Shown: positions 1-10,517 of the stretch, one piece after another
Layout of the letters: every line of letters begins with the position of its first letter
Numbering within the stretch: position 1 is the stretch's first letter
IMG/VR virus record: IMGVR_UViG_3300044825_000904
Location: 32,001-96,000 of that record
Reading direction: 5' to 3' (one strand)
DNA: 64,000 bases
Source of the DNA: a virus
The notes under the pieces: generated by a model
Database searches by the model: none
What the model saw: only the letters and a program-made list of their open reading frames with translations
Told to the model about the DNA's origin: nothing
Position numbers and translations under genes: made by a program

Positions 1-804
1 AATATGAAAGGCTTCGAGAACGTAGTTCGATTTGCTGAGAAAGGTCGTGCTATTGGACTAGGTGTTCTAGGATGGCATACATACTTACAACAGAAAGGTA
101 TTCCGTTCGAAGGATTGCTTGCTCAGTTTGAGACACGTAAGATATTCTCTCAAATTAAGATTGAGTCTGAGCGTGCATCACGTGACATGGCTGTAGAATA
201 TGGCGAGCCATTATGGTGTGTTGAGACAGGCATGCGTAACACACACTTACGTGCAATAGCTCCAACCGTATCTAACTCTAAGCTAAGTGGTAACGTATCT
301 GCTGGTGTTGAGCCTTGGGCTGCTAACGTATTCACAGACCAATCAGCTAAGGGTACATTCATTCGCAAGAACAAAGAGCTCGAGAAAGTATTGAAGAAGA
401 TTGGTATTAACACCAAGGAGATATGGGATAAGATTCTTGCTGATGGTGGATCAATCCAAGACATTGCTGAACTAGATAACTGGTTCTATGTGAACGGAAA
501 GTTGACTGAGAATCCTGAAGGCGATGACCATATCCCAGTTAAGGATGTATTCAAAACATTTAAGGAGATAAACCAATTAGAATTAATTAAGCAGGCAGGT
601 ATCCGTCAGCAGTACATTGACCAATCTGTTTCATTAAACCTAGCGTTCCCATCTCAGGCTACACCTAAGTGGATTAATCAGGTACACATGGAGGCTTGGA
701 GACAACGTATTAAGACATTGTATTATATGCGTACAGAATCTGTTTTGCGGGCTGATATTGCTACACGTGCAACGGATCCTGATTGTTTATCTTGTGATGG
801 TTAA
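1..804 (+). CDS. nrdA: Ribonucleotide reductase large subunit, class I (3' part, truncated by window)
   Basis: RAIGLGVLG, AIAPTVSNS, IDQSVSLN, TLYYMR motifs and C-terminal CxxC tail (DCLSCDG). Confidence 0.95.
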   Translation, partial: NMKGFENVVRFAEKGRAIGLGVLGWHTYLQQKGIPFEGLLAQFETRKIFSQIKIESERASRDMAVEYGEPLWCVETGMRNTHLRAIAPTVSNSKLSGNVSAGVEPWAANVFTDQSAKGTFIRKNKELEKVLKKIGINTKEIWDKILADGGSIQDIAELDNWFYVNGKLTENPEGDDHIPVKDVFKTFKEINQLELIKQAGIRQQYIDQSVSLNLAFPSQATPKWINQVHMEAWRQRIKTLYYMRTESVLRADIATRATDPDCLSCDG

Positions 805-944
805 TAAGGTTTACCCATTTAAAACCACTAAGGCTTTGGTCGGTGGTGTCCTTGAAAATGGGTTCTTATAAATTTTTTATTAAAAATGTACAAGTAATTA
901 GATATTTAACTAAATTTACAAAGGTTAAAGTGATAATTTTTTTG

Positions 945-979
945 AAGGGGAGGTGTTTATCGTTTTACACTTCCCCTTT
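945..979 (+). terminator. Hairpin/intrinsic terminator after nrdA
   Basis: AAGGGGAGGTGT...ACACTTCCCCTT followed by a T-rich tract. Confidence 0.6.
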
Positions 980-987
980 ATTTGTTT

Positions 988-1188
988 ATGAAAGAGCATA
1001 TTGACTATACTAACACAACAATTCGCTTCATCAATAAGATGACAGACGAGATATATGAGGCTCTTATAGACAAAGAGTACGAAGACCTTCAAGACTCTAT
1101 TTCAATTCTAATCGAAAAATTAAATCAATTACGTGATGAAACCTTACCTAGAATACGCACTAGAACTACACCAACAAGGCGATCTTAA
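988..1188 (+). CDS. Hypothetical protein
   Basis: Short helical ORF (ATG 988) overlapping the next gene. Confidence 0.55.
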   Translation: MKEHIDYTNTTIRFINKMTDEIYEALIDKEYEDLQDSISILIEKLNQLRDETLPRIRTRTTPTRRS

Positions 1189-2266
1189 CAAAGCTGAGAT
1201 TGCTAGAAGAGTACAGGAGAATTATAATATGCACGACAGAAATGTCGATACGCTACGCAAAAGAATTTCCGAATACATTTTAAGAACAGAACATCGCAGC
1301 CTAAACGATGAGTGTGATAAAGAAGGTGCACCAATCGGTGAGGTATCGCACTACTGGCTGAAGACTGATAAGCAGTCTATTTTTGTCAAGGTTGACAAGA
1401 AAGACCCGGTACAAACATATCATGACATGCGAGCTGATATCGTGGCTGAGATGCAAAAGCACGCACCTGTATATCCCAAGTTAGATCGCAGTAACATTCA
1501 GGATGGTCACCTATTAGTTGTTGACCCAGCTGATATTCACATTGGCAAGTTAGCCTCTTCTTTTGAGACTGGCGATGACTACAATAATCAGATTGCTGTT
1601 CAGCGTGTACTTGATGGTGTACGTGGAATCGTACAAAAAGCATCTGGTTTTAACATTGACAAGATTCTTTTTGTAGGTGGTAATGACATCCTTCACATAG
1701 ACACCCCAAAACGTACGACTACAAGCGGAACTCCACAGGATACGGATGGAATGTGGTACGACAACTTTAGAGTCGCTAAGAAGTTATATATCGAGGTCAT
1801 CGAGATGTTAATTGGTATAGCTGACGTTCACTTTGTATTTAATCCATCAAACCACGACTACACTAATGGCTTCTTTTTAGCCGATGCAATCGAGTCTTGG
1901 TTCCATAATAATCCAAACATCACATTTGATTGCTCTATTGCCCACCGTAAGTACACTCAGTATGGCTCAAACCTAATTGGCACAACACACGGAGACGGGG
2001 CTAAGGTATCAGACTTACCCCTATTAATGGCTCATGAAGCAAGTAAAGAGTGGGCAGACTCAAAACACCGCTACATTTATACTCATCACGTGCACCACAA
2101 GTCTTCTAAGGATTACATGGGCGTTTGCGTCGAGTCTCTCCGATCTCCCAGTGGTACCGATAGTTGGCACCATCGTTCCGGATATCAGCATTCTCCCAAA
2201 GCTGTTGAAGGTTTCATTCACCACAAAGAGAATGGGCAGGTTGCACGACTAGTGAATATATTTTAG
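1136..2266 (+). CDS. Calcineurin-like metallophosphoesterase with N-terminal extension
   Basis: ADIH, GND, SNHD, HGD and HHVHH metal-binding motifs. Confidence 0.8.
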   Translation: MKPYLEYALELHQQGDLNKAEIARRVQENYNMHDRNVDTLRKRISEYILRTEHRSLNDECDKEGAPIGEVSHYWLKTDKQSIFVKVDKKDPVQTYHDMRADIVAEMQKHAPVYPKLDRSNIQDGHLLVVDPADIHIGKLASSFETGDDYNNQIAVQRVLDGVRGIVQKASGFNIDKILFVGGNDILHIDTPKRTTTSGTPQDTDGMWYDNFRVAKKLYIEVIEMLIGIADVHFVFNPSNHDYTNGFFLADAIESWFHNNPNITFDCSIAHRKYTQYGSNLIGTTHGDGAKVSDLPLLMAHEASKEWADSKHRYIYTHHVHHKSSKDYMGVCVESLRSPSGTDSWHHRSGYQHSPKAVEGFIHHKENGQVARLVNIF

Positions 2267-2289
2267 TATTTTTGTGAAAATATAAGATT

Positions 2290-2643
2290 ATGACAGTCCA
2301 AGAATACGTTAGCTCATTATTATAGATTCAAGATATCTCACACATTGCTCACTTGCAAACATCATCATTCGCAGAACACAAGGCTTTGAATGAATTGTAT
2401 GATGGCATTACGGATCAATTTGACGCTTACGTGGAGGCTTACCAAGGTAAGTATGGTATCATTAAAGGATACAAATCTTTTAAGCTAGAAGAGGGTCTTG
2501 ATATGGTAGATTACTTGAAAGAAAAGATGACAGCATTTGAAGGATACCGTGGTACTTTAACCGATGGTTACTTACAACAAATGGTTGACAACACTCAAGA
2601 GTTATTAAGCTCTACACTTTACAAATTAAGATTTTTAAGTTAG
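2290..2643 (+). pseudogene. Ferritin/Dps-like four-helix protein (DUF5856-like), interrupted by in-frame TAG at 2323-2325
   Basis: Reads MTVQEYVSSLL*IQDISHIAHLQTSSFAEHKALNELY...DAYVEAYQGKYG...YKLRFL; TATTTTTG promoter element at 2267. Confidence 0.65.
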
Positions 2644-2666
2644 AATTGCGTATAAGGTGATTAATT

Positions 2667-2694
2667 AAAAAGGGGACTCATGGTCCCCATTTTT
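2667..2694. terminator. Bidirectional terminator between convergent genes
   Basis: AAAAA-GGGGAC-TCATG-GTCCCC-ATTTT. Confidence 0.75.
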
Positions 2695-2695
2695 A

Positions 2696-5600
2696 TTAGT
2701 TCGTCTTATTAAATTCGGCTTCCATTTTTTTATCATAATCCTCTCTTTTAAGAACATTCTTAATAAAGTTTTTCTTACGTTTATTCTGAATGCTTCTATA
2801 CTCGGTAGGGAATACTGTTATTTCACCTGGAGCCAAATACATTCTATTCAAAATTTTCTGCTTTTCTTCTTCGGTATATGGATGGAATTTATCGTACTTA
2901 TCTGTGTATCCTCCTTTATATAGCTCCATAAAGTTGTCGAATATAACCTTTTTGCCAACTTCATAAGAAACAGCTGTCGTACCACCCATTAGGCTCATCA
3001 TTGCATCGAACTTACCTTCCGTCTCAGGAATAAATATTCTTAATGGTTTATTTATTTTCTCTTTTGTTTTCTTTCTTTGTTTTTCCTCATAGGTTTCAGG
3101 CATAGACTCTTCACCACCCGACTCAAACTTTTTCCAAGCAGCTTCTTGCTCTGGACTCATTTTACCATCTTCTTTATTAGTAATATAAGCGTGAAGATAG
3201 TCAACTAAGTCTAGTAACCCATTTATAGCATATTGCTCTGCCTCTTCCTCTACAAAGGGAAGTGATCCAGTAAATGATTGCAATGTGCTAGTACCCATCC
3301 TTTGAGCCTCCTGCATTGCTTTGAGTGTTTTAGTATCCTCATCTTCCTCCTCATTATCAATGTAGTTAGCCACACCAATAAAAAATGCCCCAATACCCCA
3401 TCTTAATCCATTGAACATAGTTTGTTCTATCAATGTAGCCACCATAGATTTGGCTGCATCAGCTTTCTCTTCTTTGGTTGCTTTGAAGTTCGTGTCAAAT
3501 AAAATAGCTGAGTTAGCTTTTATTTTATCTTTCATTGCCATTGAGTATCCAGAGAATGGACCAAAAGCCATCCTAGCGAATTTTCTTGCAGAGTCTTTAC
3601 CTGAGTATAGTCTAGGCAATAGCTCAGACATACTTTGGTTATGCTCCTTTTTGACAATTCGCTCAGCTTCTTTTGCCGCTTTAATACTTTCTGGGCTATC
3701 ATACCCATCAAAATCAAAGTCTTTGACACCAAGTTTTTGTAGTTCGTTCAAATAAATAGCAAGCCAAGAAGTACGAGCAATGTAAACATCGGCAGGCACT
3801 AATCGCTTATCGATAATAAAATCCAAGGCACTCTTAATTGACTTTGCGGCCTTATCCTTAGTCGAGTAATCGCCTTTATCTAATAACTTTGATGCAAAAT
3901 CTATAGACGTAACAGACTCCTTACTCCTTACACTAACTGTATATGGCATCTTATTCATCCACTCCATAACCTTAGGGTCATTAATAATCTTCATTGCCTC
4001 AAGCATTTTACCTGAATTTTTATTCAAGTAAGTTAATGTATTTAAGAACAATGGTAGAGTCTGCTTACTAGCCGCAAAAACTGAACTAAGTCCTAATCTA
4101 GCACCTGCCTTTCCAAGGTAACTATATAGTGGTGCTAAGAAATCAAAGATAGCTCCTGACTTAGGAGTTTTTGCGTTATTAGTCAAACTACGAATAGTGT
4201 AGTCCATCTTATCTTTAAATAAATCTCTAGAGTACTTATTCTTGATAATGTATCTAAACGCAGGTGAATTAACAAAGCCCAAATACTGATTCATGCCAGG
4301 TGCAGTCTTTACATTACCAATAGTAGACGTAAGTGCTCTGTTATTATTTTGAAAGAAATCAAAATTAATAATTTTATTTACACTACCATCTGCGTTTCGT
4401 GGTAATCCATCAGGGTATTTAGGTGCAATAAAGTTTCCTGCCGGCTTTGTATTAACAATATCATGACCGATACTAAATCCTCTTGTCGAGAACACGTCAG
4501 CCTCTGGATCATAGTCAACAGTCTTTTCCCAGAAGTCAGGCAAGTAGTTAGCGTCAGGTGAAAGTATAATACCAAACTGCTCCTTAGCAATTCTAGCAAA
4601 CTCGGGATACCATTTTTGATACTCAGAGATGTAATCATTAAGTGCTTCACGAATAACAGGATTAGCTCTATCAAAAACTTCCTTGCCACTAGTAGCATTC
4701 TCAATATCTAACTTTTCGTAAATATCACGAAGTCTTTCAGCTAAGTCCTTATTCTCTTCTTGCTCTTCTAAGTACTCAATAGTCTCTTTTATGTTTTTCT
4801 TTCTTTCATCAAAATACTGCTTGGTATCCATATTGGTTGCCTCTCTGTACAAAATACCAACCATAGCCAATTCATTAGCTGTATATGATGTCAAGAAATT
4901 ATGCTCACCATTTTTTCTATCCTTATACTTCTCCTCTATTTTATTAGAGAAATCAATTACTGCTTGTTTTGTTTGAACAGCTCCTTGCTCAATTCTGTCA
5001 TATCCCATCGCCTCTTTTATATCTTCCCATGGTTTTCCAAAATATGTAGAACCAAAATTATCTATATGACCTAACTCCTTCAACCAATTCTCTTGGTAAA
5101 CATCAGATAGCTTCTTTACTTTTTTATTGCTTAAGTAATACGGAATATCTCCTAAAGCATATACATATTTTTTGTAGCCTCCTAGCTTTATTTTTTTATC
5201 GACAACACGCTTCTTGTACTCAAGCAACTTTAGCATTTGATCTGCTTTCAAAGCACCTGTGTATGTGTCAAGTATAAGACCCATGTTTGCCGTAGATCCG
5301 TTAACAATAAAGTTCTCTAATGATTTAGCGGCTTTAAACGCATCCATTGATGACATTCTAAGCAAGTTCATGTCAATAAACTTCTTAATCAATGGTAGGT
5401 CTTCTTTATTAACCTCTCCATTCTTAATCATCTCAAGTACCTCTTTCTTTGAATCCTCAAAGAACTCTCTAGAGTCCTTTAGTACTTGAACAGACTTAGG
5501 GTAATCAAATGATTTAGGGTTTTCTTGTACACCTTTTAAATAATCCTCGATATCAGCAACATTCATATTGCTGGTAACTTTCCCCTCCTCCAATAGCTTA

Positions 5601-8600
5601 TCGTATTTAGCCGACATAGCATCATCTAATGCTTTCTGCTGTATTGTGGCTTGCTTGTTTAGGTAATCATTAAACTCCTTGTAATTAATTACTTTAGGTT
5701 TAACTGTTTTACCCTCAACAACCTTTGGAGCAGACACAGACTCAATGAATGCGGTAGCTTTATTTATGTACTCAGGTAGGTTAGTTACTAAATCAGGGTT
5801 AATAGAAGTAAATCCTTTAGCAATGTTCTTATCTTCAGGAGATAAGTTTTTTCTTTTTGCTATACTAGATATTCTACCTTTAAGTTTATTGGCATCAAAC
5901 AAGTCTTTTGCATAATCTGCTTTCTCAATAATTTGTTGCACTTTAGCAATGAATTTATCAAGCATAGCTGGGTTAGCAAGGTTAGACTTTAACCCATTGA
6001 AAATAGCTGATTGTTGAAAAGGTGTAATAGCCCCTCGTGAAACCATTGACTTCAATGTTTCGCTAAGACTTTTTGTAATTCTTTTTACAAAGTCTACACC
6101 TTTCTTAGCTCCTCTGATCTCAGCCTCGATTTGACTAGACACTAACTTAGCATTACTAATAGCTACCTTATCCTCTGACTTCTTAAAAATATCTAATACT
6201 TTACCTATAATAACACTTCTTTGCTCAGCCGTCTCTGCTTTACCATCTAAAGCAGTTAATAAAGAATTAATTGCTTTTGTGTCCAACGCACCTTTAGGTA
6301 ATTTTTTGAGTGTTAAATTAACAAGTTTTTTAGCCTTGTTTGCAAAGTCCATTCCACTCTTAGCAGCTTTCTCTTGTAGTTTTAGTTTCTCTTGTAATGA
6401 CTTCATCTCATCTACAAGAATCATTGTTGGTTTAATACCCAACACCTTCTTTACAGATGGAGGTGATACTTTCTTAGCTGTACCAAGTGAATAGTTCATT
6501 TGTCTGATCATCTCTTCTTTCTGAGTTTGGTCAGCATCGATGTACTCTTGGTTTGTTTTTTGAAATTCAGTTATAGCTTTTTCTTTTACAGCTAATGGCT
6601 GACGTTTAGGGAATGCTTTAACTAAATCTTCTGCTTTTTTAATACCGTTTTTTATTGCTGAATTTTGCTCATCAGACAATTTTGTAGCTTTAGGTGTTTC
6701 AGTAGGCTCTTGTTTTTTTGACAACAAAGATTCAATCGCTTTTGGATATTTTTGCTGCATTTGTAAATCTTCTGCAGCCGTAATCTCCTCGCCATTATAT
6801 ATTCTATCTGCTAATTCCTGGACTTTTGTCCATTCCTCTTGAGACATCTCTGTTGGCTGAGCTACTTCTTCGACTTTAACTTCTTCGGTAGGGACTTGAG
6901 GTTCTGATTGGGGTTCTCCTTCCTCCACTTCTCCGCTAACTCCGGTTTCTGGCTGTACAGGTACTTCACTTGTTGTTTGCTCTTGAATGGCATTTTTTGG
7001 TAGTTTAGATAGTTCTTGATTATTTTTTTCTATTTGTGCTTCTTTTTCTTTCATTGAAGCAGTAACATCTGTAACTAAATTAGGGTCTTTACCTACAATA
7101 GATTCAGACATCTGCTCTAATTCAGATTCAATTTTAGCATTATCTGCTAATATAGTAAATGCTTTTCTTTGACTTTCTACAGGAATTTGATCAGGTATTA
7201 AATCAAGAATTCGCTTAGATTCATTTAATGCTTTTAATTGATTTTCAGCATCCTCTTTTGTGATGACGCCAGTTGATAAATCAGTTGTTATTTTAGATAT
7301 TGTTAATTGTGCATTTTCTGGGTCTTGAATCAAAGACTTCATTGCAACAAAATCATCATTAGATAAGTCTTTGCCTTTTAAAGCAGATTGAGCTGCCATG
7401 ATAGGTGCTCCCATAATTAGACCACCAATACCTTCAACATTAGCATCGTATATAACTTTGCCTAGAAATTCTTTAGAAAGTATTTCAGGATTCTTAAATA
7501 AATCTATGTTATTTGCTTTATCATAAATTTCTTTAGTAATCATTTCTGCAGAAGATTGTAATGCTCCTGTTTCAGCTTCAACTCCATAAGACTTTGCAGC
7601 ACTTTCTGCAGTCTTTAATAGTAATTTACCAGCAGTACTTTCTGCAAACTCTTTGGTTGCTTTGCCTATTAAATCCATTGTTGCGTTTGCAGGTATTTTT
7701 GATAATACCGCAGAAACAAATTTTCCAACAACAGGAGTTAATGCAGGAGCACCTTGTTTTAATAATCTACCAAAGCTAACATCTTCTAAATAACCAGATA
7801 TAATTGCAATAGGTAATGTGATTTTTTTCCTTTCATTTTCATCCATTGATGCCAATGCCGGATCATTATCCATTTGTTCGTTTAGGCTTGCATATGTTTG
7901 CATCGCACCAGTAGCAAAACGACCATATCCACCAGATGCCATTATAGGTAAACTTTCAGCTATACCTAATGTCGCAAGTGGAAGAATTCCTTCTTTCTTC
8001 TTCTCTTGAATAAATTCTTCTGTAGTTCCCTTTGACTTTACTTCTTCGTATCCCTTTTTAAGAATAGGTTTGAATGTATTTATAACTTCCTTTTTAGATA
8101 AGTCTTTAACTTTTGAGTTAATCTCCTCTTCAGTAAGTTTACCTTTACCTTCTTTTATAACTTGGTTTCTTAATTCAGCTTTCTTTTCCTTGCTTGCATA
8201 ATCTATACCCATTAAATCAAGCAATTCAATACCTGCATCAATAGTAGACCGTTGAAATCCTTGTGCAGAACTTTCCAGACCATTTATAATTGAATTCCAA
8301 AGAGCTCCTCCCCAATTACCTTGCTCTGCTTTTTTCTTATAGTTTGCTACAGCTTTCTTTTTTAATTCAAGATTTGCTACATCAACCTCACTTGCTTGAT
8401 TATTAAGTGCCTGAGATCTTTGGTTTAATTCCTCTTGTCTTTTTTGTAAGTCTTTTTGAAGTGTAATTAATTGGGGATCAGACGGATTAAGTTCAGCTAA
8501 TTGCTGAAAAGAATTTAAGTCATCTTGAAACGATTTCGAGTCAGCATTAAATGCCTTGATATCAGATGCCACAAGTTTTGATTTCTCAATGACGCCTTTA

Positions 8601-9043
8601 CTTAAAGCATTAACATCTTGTTTATTTTCTAACCAAGATTTATCTTTTAAATTATATGGTTTTGGTTTTTCTGGTGCACGAAGAAGCTCGCCCTCGGTTG
8701 AAGGTAGTTCTTGTTTAGTAGGCTCTTGTGCTAAAAGTTTACTTCCTGATTGACCAAATGATGCCGATGGTCCAGTTACTATCTGACCTTTGGAAACCGA
8801 AGAAGGCTTCGTAGTTTCCGAAGGAGTAGCTGAAACCATACCTTGAGTCTGGTCTTTTTTTTTTGACCAAAACTGGCCTACAAATTCTTGTTCAGATTTT
8901 GTATAAAGATTCTGCTCCTTTAAGGTATTATACAATCTCTTCTGTCCATCAGGACTACCGAACTGATTAACAAACTCATCATAAGATTTGGTATATAATT
9001 TGTCCTTACTTAATTGATCGTATAATCTTTTACCGTTATCCAT
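2696..9043 (-). CDS. Giant (2115 aa) internal virion/ejection protein
   Basis: Last gene of the podovirus structural operon; helical, with a duplicated N-terminal LYTKS motif; no catalytic motif recognised. Confidence 0.6.
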   Translation of the reverse strand: MDNGKRLYDQLSKDKLYTKSYDEFVNQFGSPDGQKRLYNTLKEQNLYTKSEQEFVGQFWSKKKDQTQGMVSATPSETTKPSSVSKGQIVTGPSASFGQSGSKLLAQEPTKQELPSTEGELLRAPEKPKPYNLKDKSWLENKQDVNALSKGVIEKSKLVASDIKAFNADSKSFQDDLNSFQQLAELNPSDPQLITLQKDLQKRQEELNQRSQALNNQASEVDVANLELKKKAVANYKKKAEQGNWGGALWNSIINGLESSAQGFQRSTIDAGIELLDLMGIDYASKEKKAELRNQVIKEGKGKLTEEEINSKVKDLSKKEVINTFKPILKKGYEEVKSKGTTEEFIQEKKKEGILPLATLGIAESLPIMASGGYGRFATGAMQTYASLNEQMDNDPALASMDENERKKITLPIAIISGYLEDVSFGRLLKQGAPALTPVVGKFVSAVLSKIPANATMDLIGKATKEFAESTAGKLLLKTAESAAKSYGVEAETGALQSSAEMITKEIYDKANNIDLFKNPEILSKEFLGKVIYDANVEGIGGLIMGAPIMAAQSALKGKDLSNDDFVAMKSLIQDPENAQLTISKITTDLSTGVITKEDAENQLKALNESKRILDLIPDQIPVESQRKAFTILADNAKIESELEQMSESIVGKDPNLVTDVTASMKEKEAQIEKNNQELSKLPKNAIQEQTTSEVPVQPETGVSGEVEEGEPQSEPQVPTEEVKVEEVAQPTEMSQEEWTKVQELADRIYNGEEITAAEDLQMQQKYPKAIESLLSKKQEPTETPKATKLSDEQNSAIKNGIKKAEDLVKAFPKRQPLAVKEKAITEFQKTNQEYIDADQTQKEEMIRQMNYSLGTAKKVSPPSVKKVLGIKPTMILVDEMKSLQEKLKLQEKAAKSGMDFANKAKKLVNLTLKKLPKGALDTKAINSLLTALDGKAETAEQRSVIIGKVLDIFKKSEDKVAISNAKLVSSQIEAEIRGAKKGVDFVKRITKSLSETLKSMVSRGAITPFQQSAIFNGLKSNLANPAMLDKFIAKVQQIIEKADYAKDLFDANKLKGRISSIAKRKNLSPEDKNIAKGFTSINPDLVTNLPEYINKATAFIESVSAPKVVEGKTVKPKVINYKEFNDYLNKQATIQQKALDDAMSAKYDKLLEEGKVTSNMNVADIEDYLKGVQENPKSFDYPKSVQVLKDSREFFEDSKKEVLEMIKNGEVNKEDLPLIKKFIDMNLLRMSSMDAFKAAKSLENFIVNGSTANMGLILDTYTGALKADQMLKLLEYKKRVVDKKIKLGGYKKYVYALGDIPYYLSNKKVKKLSDVYQENWLKELGHIDNFGSTYFGKPWEDIKEAMGYDRIEQGAVQTKQAVIDFSNKIEEKYKDRKNGEHNFLTSYTANELAMVGILYREATNMDTKQYFDERKKNIKETIEYLEEQEENKDLAERLRDIYEKLDIENATSGKEVFDRANPVIREALNDYISEYQKWYPEFARIAKEQFGIILSPDANYLPDFWEKTVDYDPEADVFSTRGFSIGHDIVNTKPAGNFIAPKYPDGLPRNADGSVNKIINFDFFQNNNRALTSTIGNVKTAPGMNQYLGFVNSPAFRYIIKNKYSRDLFKDKMDYTIRSLTNNAKTPKSGAIFDFLAPLYSYLGKAGARLGLSSVFAASKQTLPLFLNTLTYLNKNSGKMLEAMKIINDPKVMEWMNKMPYTVSVRSKESVTSIDFASKLLDKGDYSTKDKAAKSIKSALDFIIDKRLVPADVYIARTSWLAIYLNELQKLGVKDFDFDGYDSPESIKAAKEAERIVKKEHNQSMSELLPRLYSGKDSARKFARMAFGPFSGYSMAMKDKIKANSAILFDTNFKATKEEKADAAKSMVATLIEQTMFNGLRWGIGAFFIGVANYIDNEEEDEDTKTLKAMQEAQRMGTSTLQSFTGSLPFVEEEAEQYAINGLLDLVDYLHAYITNKEDGKMSPEQEAAWKKFESGGEESMPETYEEKQRKKTKEKINKPLRIFIPETEGKFDAMMSLMGGTTAVSYEVGKKVIFDNFMELYKGGYTDKYDKFHPYTEEEKQKILNRMYLAPGEITVFPTEYRSIQNKRKKNFIKNVLKREDYDKKMEAEFNKTN

Positions 9044-9055
9044 AAATTCTTGTTA

Positions 9056-10507
9056 TTATTTATCGTCCAATAGACCTGGTTTTTTATTCGTACCCTTGTA
9101 ATCAAATAAGGTTCTGTTAGGATTATTGCCAGCTTGAACCCAATCTCTTTTTGCTGTTTCGGACGTACCATATTCCTCGCCCATTCTATTGTCCTTTGTT
9201 AATCTTTGGTATATAGCATCTGGGTCTATTCGTATTCTATCATATGTTCCACCCACATTAGATCCCTTTACTTTATTTCCGTTTTCGTCTTTTTTAAATA
9301 TATTAAATCCAATTACATCATTACCACGTTTTAATGGTTCGACTATAACTGAACCTGTTGGGTACAATCCAGCTATTTCAGATAATACTTGTGGGTTTGT
9401 TGGGTCTTTTCTAAATGTTTCGGACATACCTACAGCGTGTCCATATAAATCTCTTCTTTTTGTTACAGCTTCAGGAGTTTTTTCAGCTTTATCCGGTTTA
9501 GGAGGTGCCCACCCAGCAGTCTCACTTTCCTTCTGCCCAACACCTACTTCAATTTGGTCTCTAACATAAGACTGTGCTGCTTTCTTTTGAGTATCAGTAA
9601 GCACTGGAGTAAGAACCCCATTTACTCTTTCTGCAGAAATAATATTCTCAGCAAGCACTCCATTTGCTATTAATTGTTTTTTCTCAGCTTCTGTTTCCGC
9701 AAATTGGTATCCTCCTGCATAATCCATTAAAACACTAGCGGCTTTAAATGGCGTTACTGTTAATGCATTAACTTGAAGTTCAAGTGCATTTTTATATGAA
9801 GAATTTTGTCGAGCATTTTCAATAAGTTCAATTCTACCTCCTCCGAGATTTTTAGCAATACCATAATCAGATACACGCTTTAAGAATTCGGTAACACCAT
9901 TATTCAAGTCAACTTTTTCATCAATAATATTATATTGATTAATCATTGACACTGGACTATATACATTAGTTGGTGCATCAACAAGACCTGTTTTAGGATT
10001 TACTTTAGCTCCATAAACACGTAATGTGTCTGGATTAACATAAAGTTTTCCGTCTTTAATATCAAGTTGTTGACCATATTTTTCTGAACGATATCTACCA
10101 AATCCAGACATTTTTCCGCTTGCATTCATTTTTTGAATGCCTTCCATAATCCCTGCATTATTTTTAAGGGCTTTTGATACATTACCCCAATCAGTCATAA
10201 GCGTATTTTTCTTCAGCTTATAATCTGCCATAGTAATGGCACCTTTCTTCAATAAATCGTATTGAGTTTTTAGTGCATTACGAGCTTCATCTACACCTTT
10301 ATACAAATATTCATTTGTTGTTTGGTCTGTAGTACTTTCGTATTCACCAATTTTTTGAAAAGTTTCAGAAAAATCATTTTCAATTTTTTCTTTTTCTGCT
10401 TTTCTATCTTCATTTATCTTGTTATACTGATCAAATAACTGCGTACCAATCTTACCCCAATCTGTTGGAGGAACTTGATTGCCTACATATCCTGCGTATT
10501 CTGCCAT
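9056..10507 (-). CDS. Putative internal virion protein
   Basis: Position between pilot-like and giant proteins. Confidence 0.5.
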   Translation of the reverse strand: MAEYAGYVGNQVPPTDWGKIGTQLFDQYNKINEDRKAEKEKIENDFSETFQKIGEYESTTDQTTNEYLYKGVDEARNALKTQYDLLKKGAITMADYKLKKNTLMTDWGNVSKALKNNAGIMEGIQKMNASGKMSGFGRYRSEKYGQQLDIKDGKLYVNPDTLRVYGAKVNPKTGLVDAPTNVYSPVSMINQYNIIDEKVDLNNGVTEFLKRVSDYGIAKNLGGGRIELIENARQNSSYKNALELQVNALTVTPFKAASVLMDYAGGYQFAETEAEKKQLIANGVLAENIISAERVNGVLTPVLTDTQKKAAQSYVRDQIEVGVGQKESETAGWAPPKPDKAEKTPEAVTKRRDLYGHAVGMSETFRKDPTNPQVLSEIAGLYPTGSVIVEPLKRGNDVIGFNIFKKDENGNKVKGSNVGGTYDRIRIDPDAIYQRLTKDNRMGEEYGTSETAKRDWVQAGNNPNRTLFDYKGTNKKPGLLDDK

Positions 10508-10517
10508 GTTTGATTAA

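Noticed and set aside
2696-9043. Virion RNA polymerase
   Set aside because: No DxDxD catalytic motif found in the translation
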